Shown piece by piece: positions 41,226 through 51,354 of a stretch of DNA of 51,354 nt (its first letter is position 1; every line of letters begins with the position of its first letter). Source of the stretch: Octopus bimaculoides (lineage: Eukaryota); the NCBI RefSeq assembly GCF_001194135.2, contig NC_068986.1, positions 100,638,499 through 100,689,852 on the forward strand, read 5' to 3'. Position numbers and translations under genes: made by a program. The notes below the pieces were generated by a model. It worked only from the letters and a program-made list of their open reading frames with translations. It ran no database searches and was not told where the DNA came from.

Positions 41226-42770
41226 ATAAGAATGTGAGTGTGCACGTATTACATATCAACATATATCACCACTTCCACAGACATGCACAGACAACGTATA
41301 GAATGTTGTGTGTATACAGTCACATCCAAGGAAAGAAAAAAAATTGTTATTCTCTGCGAAGCCATACATTTTCTTCAGACGTCACTTAGTTTTCTTTTAT
41401 CACCATCTATTGAAGATCCTGTCGTATAAAAACAGAAACAGAGAGAACGACATTTTCTTATATGTTATGTTAAAAACTGACATTTATTCTGCCTTTTAAA
41501 ATTATCTATGACTTCTATCATCGACATAATGTTTTTTCGTTATTTTGTTTGTTTTTTTCCTGAATCACATTTACATTCGTAACCTATTTATGTTTTTACA
41601 TCGTGATTTATTTCTCCTGTTTTCTTTATCGTTAATAGTATACATTAAAGTATGATAAAATAAATATTAGTTTGTTTCTGCGATTATTTATAATCGGTCT
41701 GCCAGCATTCCTTTTGCTATTTGTATTATCGTTAGTAATTCTGGATGTAGTAGAAGAAGTTGTTATCGCTTGTTTTCGTATTTGATGTTCGTTGTCTATA
41801 GTTAGTGAGCTGTGTTGGTATAATGTTATGAAAAATAGTCTATCCATATCATTACAGAATAGAAACACAATGTGTTTTTAAATAACAAAACAGAAAATAT
41901 GATATACAGATATCTTGCAAACTAATGGTTTCGCGATACATAGAACATGTTTACAGAGCAGAATGAAAAAGGTAAATGTTTTGTAATGTTCGTTCCTCGT
42001 TGTTTTACAACCAAATGTTTCTGCTTTCATTCATTTGGCACTTTAGATGAGAATGTGTTTCTACACAGACATACATAGTAAACATGCGAAATCCTATATC
42101 GATCTTGTATTCAATATTTGCTTTTCCAAGGTGTTACTCCGATAATCTATAGAAAGTAAACACCCTGATTCTCAGCCATATGATCGACTAAGTTAAGTTT
42201 CATGAGTTTAGTTTAAGCCATCAAAATCTCATCATATGTCTAGGGATTCATTAGACAGAGTGCATCCAATGTCTTCTTTCAAGACGATTGTATACTGAGT
42301 TAGGTGGATATGCTTCTATTTTATGAAGGTTGTTTGAAATCCTTCAGTTTCCGTACCTGGGTTAACATCAATATATGACCGAAATGCAGTTTTCATTCAA
42401 AAGACAAAACAAAATACAGGAAAACTTTATTTTCAATTATGCATTATGAACGGCATTAAAATACCATATTATTAATGTAGTACTACGGTTTGAATGTAGG
42501 TAGGGCACATGAGAATTTTAGGCACTTTAAATACAGATACGGGCATGCGATCAGTTCAGGCAGCCTTCGAATATTTTAGGGTCACTCTCAGACAGCACTT
42601 CATAAACAAAAACAGCAGAAGTAAATTGTAAAAATTAGTGCTGAAAATGAAGTGAACGGTATCCTACGTATAGGTGTATAGTGCTAAAAACCATGGAAGT
42701 ATCTGAATCAGCCGTATGATAGAAACACGCACGCAAGTTTACACATATATGAATATATTTCTACGTGTGC

Positions 42771-42802
<32 letters not shown>

Positions 42803-44477
42803 NNNNNNNNNNNNNNNNNNNNNNNNNNNNNNNNNNNNNNNNNNNNNNNNNNNNNNNNNNNNNNNNNNNNNNNNNNNNNNNNNNNNNNNNNNNNNNNNNN
42901 NNNNNNNNNNNNNNNNNNNNNNNNNNNNNNNNNNNNNNNNNNNNNNNNNNNNNNNNNNNNNNNNNNNNNNNNNNNNNNNNNNNNNNNNNNNNNNNNNNNN
43001 NNNNNNNNNNNNNNNNNNNNNNNNNNNNNNNNNNNNNNNNNNNNNNNNNNNNNNNNGTAATTCCATCCTCTCCTTTGTGTTCTCTCGGTTGTAGTTCCGG
43101 ACACGCATTTTCGTTCTTCGTATGTTTCTCTCACGTTGTTCGGAATTACCTTCTTTTTACTCTTTTCCTCTCTAAATCATTTCATTAATAATCGTTTTCT
43201 CAAATCTTCCAAATATCTATGAACATAATTACCTAATGATTAATCGTCATATTATATTTAGGTGCGAAACCAATTAATTTAGAATCTAATTACTTATAGT
43301 GTAAATTTCCACTTAAACTGCTTCTCATTTTTCATGCAATTAAATATTGAAAGAATTATGTATGTTGTGAATTTGGTATCGAATTAATGTAAGAGATGGC
43401 CATTATCAAAACACTGGACAGATCTAGTCTTGTATTATAACATTGCAGGAAATAACTAAACATTCTAATTGTTGATAAATAGAATTTCATATCGACATAT
43501 ACGTACATAAATGTATTATATATTAGCATAGAAAATATATATTTATATGTATTTCAAGAGAACATCAAATTTCATATGCCCTTAAAATCAGCAAAAATGT
43601 TTTCCAGATAGCATTCAGCATATTTATTCTCAGGCAAAAGAAAAAAATAGTAAAAATGAAGTACGGGGGATGTGGATATTTTTCTCATAATAGTCTAAGC
43701 AGTAATATTGGTGGCAGCGACACTGTGCTAGTTGCATCACAGTTAACCGGATGAATAACGGTGGTGATATTAGTAATTTTAAATGGTGTCAATGAAAGCA
43801 TTAACAGCAGCAACAGTGGGAAAATCACTTTTAGTACCTTTAGCAAAGATTACCCTGAAAGATAAAATATATTAGCTATTGGGTCAGTTCCCATTGACAA
43901 TCAATCATGCGTTTGTGTTTCTTAGTGAGAATGACGGTGAGTACGCCCGGATAACCTCAGTCTCCTCTGTATTATTTGCGAGCCACCTATTGGGAGGCTC
44001 TCGTACAGCTCTACGTTCTTCATCCGTTGTGTTCAGAAACACACATGTATGTTTATATTAATGTACGCATTAAATAAACTCGCAACGTGTCTTGTCCTAC
44101 ATTCCTACATACCCTTTCAAAAATATAAACAGATGTATCATTCCTCCTGACTTGTACAAAATAATAAAGATTGTACTGGCATATTTCCAAATGTTGCTAG
44201 ACAGCAAACATCATTTGATCGTCTGCTATGAAGTCACATACACACACACTCATATATGTAAACGTGTGTGCAGGCGTGCGTAGATACATAGATACATATA
44301 TATCTATTTTATATTAATGTTAGTTTTCATGTTCCATTAAAATAAAAACTGTTTCCCAGTAATCTGGAAAATATTTTAGCAGAGTGCAAATTTAATATTC
44401 TTAAGCAACAATATTATTGAACATGGGTTAGTTGGCCGAAACTTCGAAATGACAGTCAATAATAGTCATGTTTAAGA

Positions 44478-44522
<45 letters not shown>

Positions 44523-44794
44523 NNNNNNNNNNNNNNNNNNNNNNNNNNNNNNNNNNNNNNNNNNNNNNNNNNNNNNNNNNNNNNNNNNNNNNNNNNNNNN
44601 NNNNNNNNNNNNNNNNNNNNNNNNNNNNNNNNNNNNNNNNNNNNNNNNNNNNNNNNNNNNNNNNNNNNNNNNNNNNNNNNNNNNNNNNNNNNNNNNNNNN
44701 NNNATATATAATATAGAGTAAATTCAGTTATAATTTTACCAGGTAGCCACGATATAGCCACGATGTAAATAAAAACCTTTAAGGTATATTTGGC

Positions 44795-45244
44795 AAATTA
44801 TTCTATAATTATATACATAATTATAACAAGGAGGCAGCTATGTGCCTCGCCACGTACTGAGTTAGAAATAGACGCTAATGTCTTTTTTACTACCACAAAC
44901 ATCTCCGAGAAAATAACACACATTTAATGTAGGGTAAAGAAAAATGATTAATTAACAAGGCCGTGGTTAATTAAGGATGAGTTTCGAACATAAAGCAAAA
45001 CATTATTACTTATTGTTCTCTTCAGCGTAATATCCCAAATAATTATTACGCTCAAGAGAACAATAGGTAATTATGTTTTACTTTAAGTTCGAAGCGTATC
45101 CGTAATTAACCACGGCCTTGTTAATTTATCATTTTTCTTTTACCTTCGTTAAAAGTGTTATTTTCTCGGAGATTTGTATGGTGGTAAAAAAGACCTTACA
45201 ATCTATTTCTAATTCAGTACATGTATATAATTATAGAATAATTT
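44795..45244. repeat. ~450-bp imperfect palindrome (foldback element-like)
   Basis: Perfect IR blocks 44795-44817/45222-45244 (23 bp) and 44950-44973/45103-45126 (24 bp). Innermost 22-bp stem 45011-45032/45044-45065 has one mismatch and an 11-nt loop. Confidence 0.9.
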
Positions 45245-45816
45245 ATATATATAACGGTAATTTAACGGTTATTTTCAAAACATTTTTGTTTGTCTTAAAC
45301 ACTCACGAGATACCGGGGCAGTTAACCACCTCGACATTCGAAACACGGAGTTTTACTAAGGCAACCGAATAATTGTCACGTAATATTACAGATACATTGC
45401 TCTATTTATATAATATCGAAGTCTCATTTTTTCTTTTGTTGTCATACTATTACTATTAATATNNNNNNNNNNNNNNNNNNNNNNNNNNNNNNNNNNNNNN
45501 NNNNNNNNNNNNNNNNNNNNNNNNNNNNNNNNNNNNNNNNNNNNNNNNNNNNNNNNNNNNNNNNNNNNNNNNNNNNNNNNNNNNNNNNNNNNNNNNNNNN
45601 NNNNNNNNNNNNNNNNNNNNNNNNNNNNNNNNNNNNNNNNNNNNNNNNNNNNNNNNNNNNNNNNNNNNNNNNNNNNNNNNNNNNNNNNNNNNNNNNNNNN
45701 NNNNTAGAAATATTAATAACTCTATTTCTGAAAACCAGTGGATAGATTCCACTGAAATTAGATAAATAACCTTCGAGCAGATAGTCAGCAGCGCCGCCTG
45801 GCTAAGGCTTGGCTAC

Positions 45817-45863
45817 TCTGCATTGACAAGGGGCAACACCCTGAAACTAGTCTAGTCTGCAGA
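45817..45863 (+). ncRNA. Minimal type I hammerhead ribozyme (U3-A8 variant, palindromic stem III)
   Basis: Stem I TCTGCA/TGCAGA; core TTGACAA; stem II GGGG-CAACA-CCCT; GAA; stem III ACTAG-T-CTAGT; cleavage triplet GUC (C45857). Fold derived by hand; activity untested. Confidence 0.75.
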
Positions 45864-47559
45864 TGCCAAACCAGCAGGGGGACACTGCTGACCTCCCCTG
45901 TTCGAAGGTTATAAAGGACACAGGTTTCGTGTGTCACATAGCTAGCTAGAGGCGATGGCTTCTTGGAGCTAATTCACGGCAGCTTTCGTCCTAATTTTGG
46001 GACTGCCATGTTGGCTTGGCGATAACTATATATATATATATATACATATATAGTTATATATGTTATATATCAATGTACAGGTACATTTCTTCTCTGCGCA
46101 ATGGTATGTAAATGACGCGATGAAATTTTACAGGAATCGTCAGTAAATCTCTCTTATTTCTGTTGTATGTTTCAAGATACTACACATTCAGCAGTCTAAT
46201 TTTACTTCAGTCGAAGTAGCCATGTTATTAGCCAAACAAACTGTTGCGTTGGTTTATTCTATGCACTCTTCACACCTTCGTCATTAGAACGAGGACAAGA
46301 TAATTCAAATCTGAATTGCTATGCGATGTTATTTAGCCTCTAATAATGTTAGACCACACAGACTACGTAGGTTACCATATTGAGATCGATTTTGAACTTC
46401 TAAACATTACTCTAGCTATTATTGCAAGGCATAATTCACTCGAAGTTTGTTTGACAATTCACTATAACATTCTTAATGTATATTACGTTGTAACAAATGT
46501 GTACTATTATTAACTTTCTTCTACATATATACAATTGCAAAACAGTAATTCTATGTCTCTCATGATTAAATTGTAACTGTTTATTCACTTCTACATAAGG
46601 ACGCAATGAACTGTATTTCCTAGGTAGGTAATGCAAAATTGCTATGCTTAAATCTAAAACAAATCTACCAGTATCACACAACCCTAATGCAAATGAATAA
46701 AGCCTTTGTAATAAATCCTAACCAAATATTACGATTATATTTCTTCCTACAATCCGTAATGTGTTTAGCACACACAAACATACGCACAAACACACGCATA
46801 CCCAACTCGCAGATAAATTTATATATATATATATATATATGAATATTCAACTGATAGATAAATTTATATATATATATGTAAATACATATATGTGCATGCC
46901 TGTGTGAATATAGATATGCTCGTATGTATGCTGATATATATATATATATATATACATATGATATTATGTTGAGATAGAGAAAAAGAAAAGGCGTGTGTTT
47001 AAGTTTGCTTGAAGCATTTCTCTATGAAATCAGTGTGTTGTCGAAGACTTCAGAGACACGGATCGAATATAAAATAAATATATTAACAATTATAGATATA
47101 TTGAAATATTTCTTCAGAAATACATAAGCACACCTGACATTTCCAGGAAATTTTAGCAAAAGAAAATTGCGTGTTAACTTGTTTTTCCAGTTCTGTCCCT
47201 ATGCGTGTTAGAATGGTTTCCTTCGGCGGGAATATATTAAATTTAAGATTCTAGTGATAATACTGCATTCATTATAAAATCCGAATGTAGATTAAAAATT
47301 ACAAGCGAGTTATTTTTAACAAGCTTTAATTCGATTTCATTCCTCTAAAACACTTCACAGATGATAGAAGTTTATCCAGAACTATACATTCCGAATCTCT
47401 TAACTCAGAAAACGAATTGTGATTAAACTTATAATTGTCTCTTGTTTTCTTACGCTTAAATATATTTTTGATATAAATATTAGGGCGCCGAGATAAAGCT
47501 GGCGATGCATTATCTTTCATGTGATTATTGAAAGGCGACATGCGGTATGGAGGTATATA

Positions 47560-47770
47560 CTTATTTCTTAGGCGGGAAAGAAACAGGGTGAACCCGCGCC
47601 AAAAGTCATTTGCTGAATAGACGTGTGGGTGAAAAATGGCGTCCTCTATTGGAGACAAAAGTGCCTACTGGGAACCTGTGGCCATATTGTTGGTGGTCGT
47701 CTATGATGCACTGCGTCACAAAAGGAAGTAGGTCTCTGTATAGATGATACAGCGTATAACTGACGTCGTA
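47560..47770. promoter_or_regulatory. Promoter-like motif cluster (candidate)
   Basis: E2F-type GCGGGAAA (47572-79) and CGCGCCAAAA (47595-604), YY1-type AAAATGGCG (47633-41), inverted CCAAT, ETS-type GGAAGT, CRE-like TGCGTCA and TGACGTC within ~200 bp. No transcript evidence. Confidence 0.35.
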
Positions 47771-47834
47771 ACCAGCATTGCTCATTTATATAAATATATT
47801 CCACACAGACAGATGCAAACGCGCTCACGTAACG

Positions 47835-47841
47835 ATCTATC

Positions 47842-47920
<79 letters not shown>

Positions 47921-47923
47921 ATC
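47835..47923. repeat. (CTAT)n tetranucleotide microsatellite
   Basis: Direct inspection. Confidence 0.95.
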
Positions 47924-50484
47924 TTGGATAAATTGATTATATATACTTTAGTCGGCGAAGTGAACATGTAACTTGAAATTTAAATTGATTTAACTGAAAG
48001 TGATGGAGGGCAGAAAGCTTAATTGAATGCTAGAAATGCAGGTGCTAACACAGTAATGCGACAGCCCCTGCATTGGATCTACAGAGGAGACGTTGGTCAA
48101 AAAATTCCAAACTCCCTATCAATTAATTTTTCGTGCATCTCATCACTCTTGTTCATGAATGGACCAAAAGAGCAAGATTGCAAATCAAGAAACCGAAACG
48201 GGGTTACTGAAAAGCACTTATGTATTCATTGTCACATCTAATTGAGTCATATTTTTTAACGGATTTGTTTTGTGAGAATGCCAGTCACCTTGCATAAGAA
48301 CGTTGCTAATAGCTTGCTTGTTTCGGATACGCGCATTGTGAGGAAAAGAAGTTAAAAACATCAATCAATTGATGTCTGTATTTTCTGTATAGGAAATTGC
48401 AGTTGCCTCTGCCGTGTATAGTTCCTGACCGTCTTTCACAGGACTAATCGAACCGATATAATGCACTTATAAGTGCGAGTGGTGTTGATCGATTTGGATG
48501 GGTGTGGTAAAAAAGAATAAGCTCCGGTTGCAGGGTGTGTAATAGCAGTATGATTGGGAACAACTTCCATTAGTGTGTGATATAATTTTTGTGTATATGG
48601 AACCAGTAACTTCCTAGATGTGATATTGTCTGGCATTCTGTCTCCGACCTTAATGTTGTAAATGAATTGGCAATGAATCGACACAATTTTTCTGACATTG
48701 AAAAGAACATCTAATGTTCGGTTATTTATTAGCGCGGCTTTGTGTATGTTTTATCCCTACAGGACTTCATGAGAGAAGCTTAGGCGTCGCAACTTCCAGT
48801 GGTGTATCAATGAATTAGTGTATATTGCAACATTTTTTTCTGTATGTTTTGTATTCAGAAACAAACAAGAGTAGCAACAACATAATTGAAAAACCTGATT
48901 TCATTCGATCATGATTTGTTTTGCGTTCAGCATCTTTCATTCCGATCTGTGGAATATTTTGAAAGGAAAAATGATTTAGGAATTTTTAGCTGTATTTCGC
49001 TGTGTGAGTAATTTTTATATGTATTCGAGATATGTGAGATTTGTTTTTGGGAACTGTAGCATCCAATTTCAATCTATTTTCTTTTCATGTTGCATATAGT
49101 TTGTGAGTGTGAACTGTGTCTAAACCGTTGTAATGTGTAGTTTGCTTTATCTATAATCTTTTTTTCCTGTTGTTTGTTAAAGCGATATTGAAGACCTAGA
49201 CAGGATTGATATAATCCAGATTGTATCTAATATAGAGTTTGTAAACTAGTATTATTGATTTTTGTTTATGAAATGTTGTTAAAGTGAATATCTATGTATT
49301 TGCAAGTGGTTTGCTTTATTGATTTTCTTTTGCATATGCTTTAAATGTAGTAATGGTATGTACGTAATGCAGAAGCAGTGTTTCAGAGATGCTATACAGA
49401 GATTGTGAGAACTATAATCGTGAGTGAATACCCAAGGAATTAGTAGGCTAAATCTTCATCGAAATGGTTTTTCAAGCATTAACACCATAAGCTGGATTAC
49501 AAATTGAATACGTTTAGCTCATAAAAAAACAGAAGAATATAGTAAAACGAAGTGATTAAAAACTTCCCTAGGAGGTAACGCTAAACCTGAAACACTGAAA
49601 TACAAGGTAATATTTTAGCCTGTTTTATGTTTTTTTTTCAATAAATTGTTTGACTTTTAAAACACATTTAAAAAGAATTTACTTATAGGAGACGACACGT
49701 CATGAAAACTATATTACTCTAATATATGCATATTACGCTAATANNNNNNNNNNNNNNNNNNNNNNNNNNNNNNNNNNNNNNNNNNNNNNNNNNNNNNNNN
49801 NNNNNNNNNNNNNNNNNNNNNNNNNNNNNNNNNNNNNNNNNNNNNNNNNNNNNNNNNNNNNNNNNNNNNNNNNNNNNNNNNNNNNNNNNNNNNNNNNNNN
49901 NNNNNNNNNNNNNNNNNNNNNNNNNNNNNNATATATATATATATATATATACAGGGCAGCGAATCGTCAATTAGTAATAAAATTAATAATTAACAATTTT
50001 GCCGGGTAGCTCAGTATGAAAAAACCTTATCGGTAAAACCATTTATAATCATAAATATATAGGGATTAGCAGTATCCTGCTTCTCCAACATACTGAGAAT
50101 TCAGAAAGAGCAGCCAAAGAACTACTGATTCCAAAACTACAAATTTTTCTCTAAATTGATAGCGATATTTATGGTACCATAAATATCATCTTTGATCTTT
50201 AGCATACCATTCGGCAAATGCCCGTGTCTACCTGCTGTTCTTGATTGTCACGATATTTGTCCTTAAATGGTCATCAGAGTCATTCGGAGAAGATCTACTT
50301 TCATGCTCCTCCCTAATAAAATTACTACCTAATTGGTAGCGATAGCAGAACTGTATCAGTAGCGAAACTCATATAGCTTGGTGCATTGCGAATCGACATC
50401 TTGCATTCCTTGAGATTTCAACACTGCATTCATCGCGACGCAATCGAAACCCTAGTTCTATTTGACAAAAGCAATGTAGTGAAG

Positions 50485-50632
50485 CATTCCTTTTGAAAAT
50501 CTGCTTGATTCCTCGGCTGCTATTCATCAATAGTCTGGCGACTCTGGCATTTGTAAGCATCTTATAGACGTGGGATAAAAGACATATGGGGCGATAATTA
50601 CTTAAATATTTTATAACAGCCTTCTTACTCAT
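50485..50632 (-). mobile_element. RTE-like LINE reverse transcriptase fragment
   Basis: 'KK...LSNYRPICLLSHVYKMLT', then after a frameshift 'IDE*QPRNQADFQK', matching the RTE-type LDExQPxEQAGFR motif. Confidence 0.7.
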
Positions 50633-50825
50633 AATACAAAGGACAAATGTATATGTGCACTAAAAAAATTGCTTATTAACCGTTCAAGTGGGGTTTAAAT
50701 CGTCTTCCTTCGTCTATTTCTTGTCGTTCCAAGGAAGAGACTGAACATTTATAAAATGGAATTGCTTAAAATTTGGAACTTCCTTCTCGCTACTTGTCAG
50801 TTTCATTGAATATCTATTTAATAGA

Positions 50826-50847
50826 AATAATGATGATAATAATAATG

Positions 50848-50917
<70 letters not shown>

Positions 50918-50919
50918 TA

Positions 50920-50968
<49 letters not shown>
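50826..50968. repeat. (AAT)n trinucleotide array
   Basis: Direct inspection; a few GAT variants. Confidence 0.95.
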
Positions 50969-50970
<2 letters not shown>

Positions 50971-51354
50971 GGAGATGCAAGAATTTCATGTGGCATTTTC
51001 CAGGGTGACTCATTATCACCGCTCTTCTTCTGTCTAGCCTTAATACATCTTTCAAAATTGCTCAATGATGTACAGTATGGTTATAAAATATCTGATAAAA
51101 ATATAAATCATCTTATTTACATGGATGATTTAAAGCTCTTTGCGAGAAATGACCAACAACTCAAAGGCCTACTAGCAATTGTTTAACAATTCAGTGATGA
51201 CATCAGGATGCAATTTGGCCTTGATAAATGTGCAAAAGCTACCTTTATCAAAGGAAACATGACAAAAACATCTAAAGTGAACCTTGACCAGCAAAATGTC
51301 ATAAAAGAGTTAGAACCAGCGGAGAGCTACAAATACCTAGGGGTAATTGATGGG
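50969..51354 (+). mobile_element. 5'-truncated non-LTR retrotransposon RT, R4/Dong-like; runs off the window end
   Basis: 'GIFQGDSLSPLFFCLAL...YGYKI...INHLIYMDDLKLFA' then, past an in-frame TAA (51184-86), 'QFSDDIRMQFGLDKCAK...YKYLGV'. RT is certain; the clade call is from motif recall. Confidence 0.85.

Noticed and set aside
45955-46012. Second hammerhead-like motif on the minus strand (GTCC-loop-GGAC-GAAAGCT...AGCTC)
   Set aside because: The 5' core reads CATGGCA rather than CUGANGA and no stem I can form.
48436-48684. 82-codon minus-strand ORF with an upstream acceptor
   Set aside because: No homology recognisable and no partner exons.

Overview
AT-rich, microsatellite-dense animal genomic DNA from a gapped short-read assembly (17 N-runs, most flanked by (TA)n). 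The SINE and transposon types I recognise point to a cephalopod, probably Octopus; this is inference from memory, not a database hit. No intact protein-coding gene can be supported. Recognisable content: two decayed Tc1/mariner elements (one with DD37D spacing), one Tc1/mariner MITE, three LINE remnants (Tx1/L1-like, RTE-like, R4/Dong-like), about eight tRNA-derived SINE copies from four apparent families, two long DNA palindromes and many simple repeats. The best find is a complete minimal type I hammerhead ribozyme at 45817-45863 (+). It has a compensatory U3-A8 core pair and a palindromic stem III, and it caps a ~147-nt rod-like fold, suggesting a Penelope-associated or retrozyme-like RNA. 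Also notable: an R4/Dong-like RT whose 5' junction sits on a (TAA)n array, a 4x tandem copy of a SINE Pol III A-box segment, and two CpG-rich patches sharing the E2F-type 10-mer TTTTGGCGCG. Candidate exons are reported only as low-confidence hypotheses.
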